From Eledone cirrhosa (taxonomy: Eukaryota): DNA of 64,000 bases. How positions within the stretch are numbered: position 1 is the first letter of the stretch; each line of letters begins with the position of its first letter. This document shows positions 52,259 through 64,000 of the stretch, piece after piece. Below the pieces are notes generated by a model, which was given only the letters and a program-made list of their open reading frames with translations, was not told the origin of the DNA and ran no database searches. The DNA lies in the NCBI GenBank assembly GCA_964016885.1, contig OZ024743.1:159712001-159776000 (forward strand). Reading direction: 5' to 3'. Both the position numbers and the translations under genes were made by a program.

Positions 52259-52289
<31 letters not shown>

Positions 52290-52499
52290 GGGTACCTACG
52301 TTGTAAATCGTATTATCGTGAGCTCCGCAAAGGTTTGTTCTTTTCAGTTGTTTAAAATTGCCATTTATGGAAAATTGTATTGTTAACTGTATATAAGTGC
52401 ACATACATTGTTTTCTGAAAAGGACAGTCAAAAAGATTGGGGCCTTGTGCCCGAAATTTAAACTTTTATAATTTTCAAAATATTTCTTTGAAAAGATCA

Positions 52500-55400
52500 T
52501 GGCCGACTCATAGCTGCACCAAGCAGCTGAGAGCCTTCCTCACAAACTAACACCTCACACCGACACCACCATTGTAAATATTACTACGTTTGTCAACACT
52601 AAAAATATAAGCAGTAGCAATATTTTAAATTTGTCTCAGGCAGACATTCATTTCCCGCCATTACCAATGACTGCAGGTGTTAAAGCCGCTACCCCCACCC
52701 CCACCACCAACGCGAAAACAGAATCAAAAGAAAAAAAAAATTAACTCGTAATATCGAAATGAATTCAACCAAAATGATCTCTTCCACACCGAACACTACT
52801 TACGTCACCACCACCACATCTGAAACTAAAATTAACAATAACAAAAATAAGGATAACAACAACAGAAACAATGAAATTAAGAAAACCACCCTGAATTTTG
52901 CCAGAGTAGCAAAACAGTGCGAAGCATTCCAGGTAACTCAGGAGGAATTAGAAAAAGCCAAAAAAATGGTAAAGAAAGATGGGTACAGGATCAGCCTCAC
53001 CCCCCCACCTAATAAAATGGAGCATCGGCGCCTATGCACCGTGTCTTATCGGACGACAAACATAAAATCGCGCCGAGTGGAATGGGTAGCCGAGTCCCAA
53101 ATCAAAAAATCTTTGGGACATGTGTGGGCAAAAAAAACCCACATCAGACGTGGGCAGAAATATGGAACCGTGGACGTGTTCTTCGAAACACCACAGGAGG
53201 CCAGAAAACACTCCATGGCCCCATTAAGAAGAGACGACTTCACACTCGTCCCAAGCTGTTGTGGCCAGAGACTCGTGAAAATCAGGATGACCCACGTTCC
53301 ACCGGCCATTGAAATTCCCTGGCTAATAGCTGCCGTCCTCGCCGGCATCGAAGCCAACACCAAGATAATCGAATTAGCGAAAGAAAAGCAGAACAACTGG
53401 TCAGGATCTGGGATGGAGCTCCTGATTCAAGCGGGCCAAAAAAGCATTGAGGAGATCCCAGAGGTAATAGACCTCGCTGACGGCAGTCATCTCACCGTAA
53501 TCGTCGAGGGCAGAAGGCCTAGGTGTCGTTTGTGGTGAAGGAACCCACCTAAGGGCTTTCTGCCCTCAGGCTAAAAGGTTAAGGCCACCTCTCTTACCCA
53601 CCCCAGTGACTCAACCAGCAACACCACCAGCAGCAGAGATGGCAACAACAACTGTAGCAGCAACAACAGAAGCAACTGTAACAGCAACAACCCCAGCAAC
53701 AGTAGCAAAACCAACACCACCACCACCCAACGCGCCAGAACTAGCAAGAGCGCCTACACCATCAACCACGCCACAAACAAAACCAACGCCTGTGGAGGAT
53801 TTTCCACTTCCCGGCCTATCACAACTGGAGACAGATTGTGACGACGGGGAGTGGGAAACTGTATCAGGAAAAAAGAAAAAAAGAAACAAAAAAAGAAAAA
53901 AAATTCTCTTCCCTCCCCCTCCAAAAACAAAATACAGAGGGAAACAATTAAATTATCAAACAAAAAAGTTAGGACAGATATGCCACCATCCACACCAGCA
54001 TCACCAACCTCATCACCACAAACACCAATACCATCACCATCATTAACCCCAACACCACCATCACCAACACCACAAAAGTCACCAAAAAGCGAAACAGAAA
54101 CAAACCCACAACAAACGCAAACAAAACAAAACTACCAAAACGATACACACTACACAGCATTAAATTTGAACAACCAATTATTACACTACATCCAACACAA
54201 CACCAGCATCACAGAAAAGGACTACACCACAACCCAAAAGTTCACACCACCTCCACACATACAAATCACTCGCATCACACAGAAAACGTACACGAAACTA
54301 AAGCAAAAATTCCCCAAAGACATCGGAGATTTCCGACAAGCACTCTCCAGGAGGATTTATAAGGACATCCTTCCGGAGGAGGCCACAAACAGTGAAAATG
54401 ATGGAGAAACCATCCTTCCTCTACGAGAAGTAAGGTAAGTGGTCTTTCCCATCTTTTCCACTCCATTTCAACATGACCTCACTCAGAATAGGCAGCATAA
54501 ATGCGCGTGGCTTGGGGTCGTCATGGAAGCAGGGCCACCTGCTCAACGACCTCAGGTCACTAAACATAGATGTAGTGGCCATCAGCGAGACCAGAATCTC
54601 CGAAGCACGGGCCTCCGCACCGATCTTCGATGGCTACGATGTGTACGCATCTCCCAGCCGTCCTGGATCGGGAGGGGGGGAGGAGTTGCTGTGCTTTTTC
54701 AGAGAGGTTTGGATCTCGCCATACGGGCCATCTTCCTGGACCCATAAGGTAAGTTGATGGTATTGGAGGTGACCAGCGGAGACGGGCAAGCTTTCAGGCT
54801 AGTAGCCGTCTATGCCCCGACAGGAGCAGGGCGGCCTGATTTCTTCCGGCGTCTGGAGAACTTTCTTGGAACGTCCCGCTCTTTTGTGTTAGTGGGCGAC
54901 TGGAACGGGATCTTAGATGCACGCTGGGACTGTGTGGGATTAGCGGATACGGGAGGAGGGAGCAAGAGCCTCAGAAACCTGCTCAGGCGTTTTGAATTGT
55001 CTGACAGGTACCGATTGGATTTCCCGAATGTGCCAATGTGGACTTGGACAAATCGCATAGAGTCATCAAGATCATATCTAGATACAGTATTTTTTAGGGA
55101 AATAGATAGGTCTAGCATAGGCTGTCCACAATTCAAGATAGTCAGCTACACCGACCACAAATTCGTGATCTGTGTGCTTAACTTAGATACGCTTCATAGA
55201 CGAGGACCCGGCTACTGGAAGCTAAACGCGTCATTAATATCACTCATGGCCTACAGAGACCGGATTAGCGAAATAGTTAAGCGGGCGTTGACGGGGGCCA
55301 TCGTCAACTACAAATGGTGGTTTGCTTGAAAAGACCGATTATAATAGAGTCCATTAGGTATAGTAAGGATTTAGCAATAGAGAAAAATAGAGCAGAGGGA

Positions 55401-57946
55401 TAATTAGTTAGAAAATTAGACGAGGCGCTTAGAAAAGGCATCGCGACCGACGTACTTGCGGCGAAATTGGCCCTTGACCAATTCTTCAATGCAAAGCACG
55501 GAGGCTGCGTTGTCAGAGCTAGGGTGCGTGCTCTCAGACACGAGGGGACGAAAGCCGTTCAATGGGCCCGAGTGGCGGAGGCGCGTCGTGACAACAACGC
55601 CACGATCCGGTCTTTGGTGAACCACGACGGGCGCATGCTACTCGATCGCGGGCAAATATGTGAAGCTTTTCAGTGACAGTTCGCCCAGCTGTTCGGGGGC
55701 AGTGGCTGGCCGAATCGAGGGATGGACATTAGTGTCTACCTCAACGGACTGCCGCTGCTATCGGCCACTGGGGCGGAGTGTTGCGAAAAACCGATAACAG
55801 TCGCTGAAGTACGGGAGGCAATGACTGGCTGCACAAGGGGTAAATCGCCTGGTTTGGATGGTCTGCCCTATGAACTTTACGTACAGATGCCAGACTTGTT
55901 CGGAGGCCTCTTGGCGGACGTCTACTGTAACTGGCAACAGAACGGGAGAATTCCCAGCTCTGTGAGCCGAGAAACTGTGGAGCTGCTGAGAAAGGATCAA
56001 AACAAGGGGGATAACATAGATCATTTCAGGTCCATAACCCTGCTAAACACAGAGTTCAAGATTTTGGCGAAGGTGCTAGCAAAGAGGTTGGCGCTTGTCG
56101 TTGGTGTCTGGTGGGAGAGGCGCAGACGTGCGCCATTCCCGACAGATCCATCCACGACAACCTCCACCTCATGCGATACACCGTAGAGAGGGTAGCTAGG
56201 GAACCTGGCACGGGTGGGTCCTCGATCAATTTAGATCAGTCGGAACTTTCGATAGGGTCGACCATCGTTACCTAGCGGCAGTCCTGAGGGCGGCTGGCTT
56301 TGGGCCCGTCTTCAGAGGCTGGATCGCTGCCATACACAGCGACATCTGCTCTGTGGTGAGAGTGAATAGTCACCTTTCGGAACCGTTCAACATCATGCGC
56401 TCGGTCCGCCAAGGATGTCCCCTCGCGTTCGTCTTGTACGTATTGACTCTCAAGCCATTACTGCACAAACTGGAGACGTTGAGGGGGGTCCCGCGCGAAC
56501 TAGGATGCGGAAGATCCGTGTCAGCATATGAGACGATGTCACCGTAGTGGTGTCGAACGCCAAACACGTCGCGGCGATCGGCACTACACTAAGAGAATAC
56601 GAAGCGGTGACAGGAGATATGATCAAACATGAAAAGTCAGTGGGCCTGCAGCTCGGCACCTGGAGAGGCAGGTCTATGCCGTCCAACAGCGTCGTCGGGC
56701 GCTGGACAGACGGACCGGTTAAATTGCTAGGGGTCTGGTTCGGTCCGGACCTGCAGACGGACAAAAACTGGGACGAGGTGACGAGCAGGGTGGCTTCTCT
56801 CACCCAGAAATGGGCGGAGAGGATGCTATCCCTGAAAGGTCGTGCGGAGGTGGCTAACGCGTACATCGCGTCCGTCATCTACTACCGCCTGACCGTCGTA
56901 CCTTGACCTATGCCCCGCCTGACTGCGCTAGAGCGTTTGCTCTTTCGCTTTTTGAGGAAGGGACGCGCTCCGATGGTCAGGCGGTCCATCTGCTGTCAAC
57001 ACCCGCTACTTGGACGGCTGGGCAAACCGTGGCTGATGATGCGCAGACACGCGCTCAGACTACGACATTTCCACCTCTTTCCCGACGGTGATCAGGTGTG
57101 GTAGCCGTTTGCTAGACACGTCTTTTCCCAGCTCGTCTCCTTGACGGAGCTGCAGTCCTGGCTCAAGCGAAGACCGAGAGGGAGTGCTTGGAGACTGGAA
57201 TGTCTTCAGGCGCTCCCAGCCCTCGAACTATCGGGCAATGTGATCGGTAGAAACTCCAGTGGAGGGGAAGAGCGACGACGTACTTGGAGAAACTCTAGGC
57301 GTCGACGAATATCAACTAGCCAATCTCTTCGGAAGGACTTTCGGGCCGGGGCCTATGGACAACTTCCAGAATTCACTGGTCTGTCAGTACTACCGAGGAG
57401 CTTTGTTAGTTCGGGATAAACTCTACAGGTATGGAGGTGCCGTCAGCCGGGCATGTCCGAGGTGCGCGCAGGGCGACGAAACCGTCCTGCACGCACTCGT
57501 CCAGTGTCCGAGCATTGCTGACTTGTGGGTTTATGTCGAATACCTGCTGTCACGTGTAGGACGGATCCAACTATCAGCTGAGTCCATCGTGAGGATTGCC
57601 CCGCCCTCTTCCTTTAGCCGGGAAGAGCAGGCAGTTTTTATCTGTCTGGTGGCCATGGCGAAAGAGATAGTATGGTGGACACGTTTGAAAGGGCTGAAGA
57701 CGAGGACTTACCTCTTCCGTTATACCCTGCTTAACTTTTTCAAATTTCATTTGAAAAGGAAAATCAGGGTAGAGAGGGAAGTGCTCTCTTCCCACCATTT
57801 TGTTGAAAGATGGGTGAGAGAAGCAAGTATGGCCCGAGTGAATGGGCCTACTCTGAGTATGTGTCTGTAAATTAAAGGTGGAAAACTGGGAGAGGGCACT
57901 TGCCCTGGTGGTCAGGGTCACTGTGGTCTTTTAATGGGCTTTCTCC
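52500..57946 (+). mobile_element. Near full-length L1-Tx1 LINE (ORF1 to 54438; ORF2 54473-57870), disrupted
   Basis: Same family as 24800-29580; APE, RT and the C-terminal CPRC..DETVLHALVQC zinc finger; several stops and frameshifts. Confidence 0.94.
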
Positions 57947-57984
57947 ATTATTATTATTATTATTATTAATATTATTATCATTAT

Positions 57985-58188
57985 GGGGCGGTGGTTTGGC
58001 GGTGGATTGGATGTATCAGTAGAGGCTCGGACACGATGCTTTGCAGCATAGAGTTACACCCGTTTACGTTCTGATTTATAATAATGCCAAGGTTGACTTT
58101 GCCTTTCCTTCTTACAGGGTTGATAAAATAACGCTCCAGTAATGCACTTGGGCAATTGCAGAACTTGTGCAAAAATAGGAAACAATTA
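57985..58188 (+). mobile_element. tRNA-derived SINE (family 1), degenerate
   Basis: Matches the other copies. Confidence 0.82.
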
Positions 58189-58199
58189 TTATTATAATT

Positions 58200-60124
58200 G
58201 TTATTCTTGGAATCTCAGTCATTGATGTTATTTAACTGGAAATGTTGATCAAATGAACATCAACCCACTACCTGCAGCCTCAGATATTCAGAATGTATCG
58301 GAGGGTTCTTGCTGTTCCAAGCACGCATGCCGTTTGAAGTTATCCAAAAAAGGGGACTGGACTAATGTTCTTTAACCATCCTTGAAAACTCTTTGAGATA
58401 GTACCTAGTGGTCCTATGACAATTGGGATAACATTGATCTCACGACAGTCCCAAATCCTCTTTAATTCCTACTTTAAATCCGAGTATCGGTTAATTTTCT
58501 CCTCCTCTTTTTGCACTCGTGTGTCAAAGGGCCAGGCTACATCTACAATCAGACGCGATCATTTTTCTTTGTCAAAAACCACCAGGTCAAGGCTATTGAG
58601 TTCAAATTTCACTCGGTCGTTTACTATCACCGACTCTGGTTTATTCCCATACCACAAAATGTGGTAAATTGTTTAGTTTGCATAAATGCCAGTGAATCAC
58701 CTTTCCTATCATGTCATGCCTCGAGCCTTTATAGTGTGTCTAGCCTAGGTATTTACATTCGGATACGATGTGAGCCAGTCACCTCTCTCTCTCCTCAGAT
58801 CCTACACAGTGAGCTAGCATCCTCCTTTTCAATATGATGTTTTACCTACTTCGCTCCGAGGGATTGCACTTGAGCAGCCATTAATATTCCTTCTGTAGCT
58901 ATTTTAAGGTTTTCTCATTTTAAACAGCTCCATGTCTGTTGATCTCTGAATCCCGTTTTATTAAAGAAGGTGCTATGAAGGGATTTTCATGAAGGTTGCT
59001 CTTCCTCTTTGTTGTTACTTCCTTCTTGGACATACCCTTGTCTATTGTCTTCTCCTTCAGTACAACTTTGAGCATATTTGTGCAGACTGCATTTCTCCAT
59101 CTGAACACAGTCCTCTATACTAATAAGACCTCTTCCACCTTCAGATCTCTTTAAGTAGAGTCTATCATCTTCACTCCTCTTGTCGAACATGTTGTAGATA
59201 GTCATTGGCTTTCTAGTCTATCTATCCATTTCTTTTTGTTCAGTAATATTCCTTTTGAGAATTCCCACTCTGTACATAATAATAGTCACAGCTCGGGAAT
59301 TTACTGCACTTATGACATTCCTACTATTTAGATGTGATTTTAGTATATGCCATATTCTCCTTATGTATTCAGATCTTATCAATTCCTAAATTCTATTGTT
59401 CTTGGTGTCATCTGCCTCCGGGATACCTCTAGGTACCTGGATTTCTTTGCGTCTGTTCAATGTTCCTCACTTCATCACTAGAACTCTACACTTATTAACA
59501 CCAAATTCCATACATATATCAGTGCTGAAAAGACGAACAGTGTTAACAAGTACATCCAACTCCTCGTTTTCACAAAAAGTTTTAGATCGTCCATGAAGAG
59601 GAGCTGGTTAATGGTAAGCTTTCCTCTACCCAGTATGTATCGTGCATTCACGTTTCGTAATACGGGTAAAGACAATCCACAAACGGGACAACTATCTCAT
59701 TGGAAGATACCTCTCTTGATATTCACTCCTCCTAGGGATTCTCTACCTGATGTTAGCTCTGTTTCCCATGGCTTCATACTTTTACTTAATAGCTGTCCGA
59801 TGTTGTCTGCCACCTTGAACATCCCTAGATTTTCCAAGAATGAGCAACCATGTCGAATGCCTTCTCGTAATCTATCCATGCCATTTCAAGTCCAGTATGC
59901 CTCCTCTTGCAATTCTTTATTACCATCTTATCAATAAGCAACTGGTCTTTTGTACCACGGGACTTCTTTCGGCATTCTGTCTGTTTGTCCAGCAATAAGT
60001 TGTTTATGTGGGGGTGATAGTAGACCTCCTCAGACACAATGTTTGTTAACAGTTTCCGCATTACGGACAGATATGTGATTAGCCTATAGTTAGTAATCTC
60101 ATTACCCTTGATTCGGTCTTTCAT
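58200..60124 (-). mobile_element. R4/Dong-like element (third subfamily), degenerate
   Basis: NYRLITYL, KDQLLIDK, WIDYEKAFDMV, RGIFQ, LFMDDLKLF and RLYLKRSEGGRGL. Confidence 0.88.
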
Positions 60125-60125
60125 T

Positions 60126-62860
60126 ACGAGAACTGTGGTACCTTTTGTCCCCCACTCAGCAGCAACAACAATGGTGCAGCTGAAAAAGAGAACATTTCTT
60201 TTACGGGGGTGGCATGGAATGTATAGACGGTGATGAGGAGGAGATGGCAGTCGTAAGGGCCATGGTGACTAGAGTAGCAAATCGAGTCTCCCTGAAATCT
60301 CCACCCTATTTTCTCAAAGACCAACAGCTGCATACGGTGACATACCATACGATAAGCAAAACAACACATCGGGTGGTGGATCAAATTCAAAAGGCCTTGG
60401 GGAGCGTATGGGCACGCAAAGCCCACATCATCCGAGGCAGAATGTATGCCACCATGGACGTGATTTTTCCACCCCTTAAGAGGAAATGTGTCACCCCTTG
60501 GCCACCTTAAATAGTGAAGAGATGGTGCTGGTAACCTCTTACTGCGGGCAGAAGATTTTGAGGGTCAAAGAAACCCAGATCCTACCCAACGTGCCCATAC
60601 CTTGGCTGGCCGCGTCTGTCATCACCGGAATCAAGGTCAGGACCACCACGCTGCAAGTGCAGAGGATGGAGAGGGAAAGCTGGTCAAGTACTGGAATGCA
60701 GATGCTAATCCAAACCAACCAGGAGTGTATCGAGGCTATTCTGGATGTTATAGACCTCGAGGAAGGAGTTTAACTCCCCATAAGCATGGAAGGTAGACGC
60801 CCAAAGTGTTTTCTCTGTGGGTCGATGGGTTAGCAAAGGAGAAGGCCTCCCTCATTCCGAAGCCTGGTTCGCTGCTACCATGAGCACAGCAAGCATCAGA
60901 GGCTTCTAGTTATTCCGCAGTGAGTAGGAGGGCAACTTCCGTGGCACCCATAACAAGGCAACGGACAATTAAACAGCGGCCGCAGTGGCGGCATCACCAA
61001 TAGTCGAAGTAGCTATGCTGGCGACAATATTGCCGGAGTGGGCTCCGCTACCACACCAACAGCCGTGGAGCTCATACTCCTTCCAGACGTCACGCAATCC
61101 GACATGGATTGTGAGGTGAGAGTGGGGTGGCAAAATGACTGCCACAAAAAGAAAAGTAAAACCCCTTAGCTTCGCGCTCCAAAAGGTAGGGCAGACAAGG
61201 CGGGTTGAAGGATGTAAGGCGACTTGCATAAATGCTACCCCCATCACCATCACCACCACAAGCATCACCGCGAACAACAACCACACCACCACCACCACCA
61301 TCACAAACACCAACATCGCAAACACAAAGCACACACATCCAACAGCAGCAAGAAAACAGCAACGAAACCAAATCCCCCACCCAAACATTACACAGCCTTA
61401 AACATTGCAAATAAAGAACACTTGGAACATATAAAGCAGCACACAGACATTACAGATAACAATTACTACACACCGCCAACACCAAGAACATTACCGAAAA
61501 ACATAAAAATCTTTGAGATCGAACTGGAACAATATAAACAGTTGAAGCAAACATTCCCTAACGCAGTTGGGGAGTCAGAGGGTCTCTTACTGAGAGAATA
61601 TACTCAGATACAATCTTGGTACCCACAACCAGCCGAAGGGGTGGTTCGACTGTTCCTTCCCCACACGATCAAGGTAATTGATCCTTTCTCACTTACCCAG
61701 TACCTGACTCAACATAGGCAGTGTAAATGCACGTGGTCTGGGGTCATCTTGTAGCAGGGCCACCTGCTTAACGACCTCAGGTCACTAAACATAAATGCGC
61801 ATGGCTTAGTGGTTAGAGCATTGGACATGCAATCGAAAGGTTGTGAGTTCAATTCTCGGACCGGGTATGTGTTGTTTCCTTGAGCAAGACACTTTATTTC
61901 ACGTTGCTCCAGGTTACTCAGCTGTAGAAATGAGATGATAGGACTGGGGTTCCTATCATTAAATCACCCAAGACACCTCCAACGAGATATAGCTAGGAGG
62001 AGGCCAGCTAAACCTGCATAGGTGTGAGCTGTCACACACACACACTAAACATAGATGTGGTGGCCATCAGCGAGACCAGAATTTCCGAAGCATGAGCCTT
62101 CGCACCGATCTTCGGCCGCTACGATGTATACGCATCTCCCAACCATTCGAGAGCGGGTGGGTCAGGGTTGCTGTGCTTTTTCTTGGATCTCGCCAAGTAA
62201 GTCGGTAGTACTGGACGTATCCGGCAGTGAAGGCAATGCTTTCAGGCTAGTAGCCGACTAGGTCCCAACAGGGCCAGGACGGCCAAAAGTCTTCAGACGT
62301 CCAGAGACCTTTCTGGGAGCGTCCCTCTCTTTAGTGTTAGTGGGCGACTGGAATGGTGTCTTAGATACAAAATTGTGGAAACACGAGCAAACGCATAGAG
62401 TATTTTGATAGTATATAGTCATAGTTTTAATTAGGTTAGCAGATAGCTATAGCATACGGTGCCTACAATTCCAAACGGTCACTTATTCTAACCACAAATT
62501 CATGTTCTGCATGCTCGACGGAGATAGAACACGAAGACAGGGATCTGATTACTGGAAGTTTAACGCGTTCTTCACAACACTAAAGGACTATGTAATCCGG
62601 GTTAGCATTTTAGTTAAACAAAAGTTGACTGGGTCAGTTGTCAACAGCATGAGGTGGAAAGCTCTTAAAGAGAGATTATAGTAGTGTCAATATCATTTAG
62701 TAAGCATGTAGCGATTGAAAAAATAGAAAGATGTGGTGGAGTTAGTACCTATATTAGAGGAGGTTAGAAGTGGAATTGCAACCAACGTGCTACCGGTGAA
62801 AATGGCATTAGACCATTTCTTCAATCAAAACACGAAGGTTGCATTATCTGAGCAAAGGAA
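60126..62860 (+). mobile_element. Older L1-Tx1 copy (ORF1 plus APE), 3'-truncated
   Basis: ORF1 similar to 52759-54438 (KALGSVWA, SYCGQ, IPWL, HYTALN); APE relics. Confidence 0.85.
61798..62042 (+). mobile_element. tRNA-derived CORE-type SINE (family 2) with 15-bp TSD
   Basis: A box tggcttagtgg, B box gagttcaattc, ccttgagcaagacactt core, (CA)n tail; TSD cactaaacata(a/g)atg at 61783-61797 and 62043-62057. Confidence 0.9.
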
Positions 62861-62895
62861 CATATTTAAAAAAAAATAGACTATTTCTGCCTGGA

Positions 62896-62948
<53 letters not shown>

Positions 62949-63099
62949 GAAAAGAGTCAGGACTCCGGCGGCTGACCTCCGGCCATTTCGACAGCTAGAT
63001 CCGAACTAAGCCAGCACTATTAGAAGACTTGGGCGTATTTTGAGGAAGATATGCCTGATAATTTTAACAGGTCGAATAAGCCCATTTCGATTTCTTTGT

Positions 63100-63960
63100 T
63101 GGAATAAAAATAATTCAAATAAGTAAATAATACATTTGCATCAATTCATGATTATGCTCAAGACATTTCATATAGAGACTCAGATTAATTGATGCTTCGA
63201 ATCATCGACTACACCGAATTTTGTCAATGGATAAACTAAATGAAAGTCCTTGAACACAATGCATTAGACCTTAGTACACAAAACTGCCGCATTAACTTCT
63301 GATTCAATTTGATATGAATTTAAGAGAAATTAATTAAATTCTATTCTAAGATACAGCAATTTAAATGACACTTCAAAAAAAGAAAATTACCTTTCGCACA
63401 AGATGGGATTCAATAATTTGAAAGATTGGAAGTCAAGTATATTTGATTTGAATACTGAAAATTGAGAGATATTCAACAATTAAAGTACAGTTTTCATCTT
63501 AAAAGCTGCAACGTACGCTGTTCGTTCGAATACAATTCAGAGTGAAGTATGTCGATATCAACTGATATATCTTCCGTAATGTTTTTCAAGTAGTTTCTTG
63601 AAGAAATGACCTGAATGACAACCCATAACTTAATACAAACTGAAATATCTTGCCGGGAAGTATATTTATTTTTAAAAACGTACGGCAACACCATTAAAAA
63701 CTTATATTCAGAACTTCGTTTGTAATGTATGTGTAAGCATTTCTATTTTTGACTGGTACGTGCCGTATAACAAAGGTTTTTTCTTATTGTTGTTTTTGTT
63801 GCCATCGTTATTGAGCAACAGGTCAACTCAGATCGAGGAAAACATTTCAATTCTGACCATGTCATTTCGTAAACGGTTTTCCAGAAATACGTCATCTGGA
63901 ATCATTTATCAAATTCGGTGGCTACTTCTGGCAGGTCAAGCGATTATGTAGACGTTCTTT
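63100..63960 (-). pseudogene. Possible degenerate hAT-family transposase C-terminus
   Basis: Minus-strand relics resemble ..NP., YP.L and S...CES.FS.M..I of the hAT dimerisation domain. Confidence 0.3.
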
Positions 63961-64000
63961 GTTTAGTACGTGCTTTCGCAAAGAGATTTCGACACATGCA

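Overview
This is a repeat-saturated, AT-rich eukaryotic window with no recognisable intact host gene. The SINE and LINE families and the dense (TA)n/(CA)n/(TAA)n microsatellites suggest a cephalopod, probably octopus (inference). It holds decayed L1-Tx1, R4/Dong, RTE, CR1-group and CRE-like LINEs, several Penelope-like elements (PLEs; RT plus GIY-YIG), a Helitron helicase relic, DNA-transposon ends and tRNA-derived SINEs. The main hidden signal is RNA structure. About ten minimal type I hammerhead ribozymes (HHRs) can be read by eye, some as inverted pairs in palindromic cassettes and two with the U3-A8 core variant. The top candidate for a new system is a ~100-nt multi-pseudoknot motif with two full copies (3705-3806 minus, 46103-46205 plus) and partial copies. 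It has seven compensatory base-pair changes between the full copies and carries all three hammerhead core elements in an order that matches none of HHR types I, II or III. All folds were derived by hand and no activity is shown.
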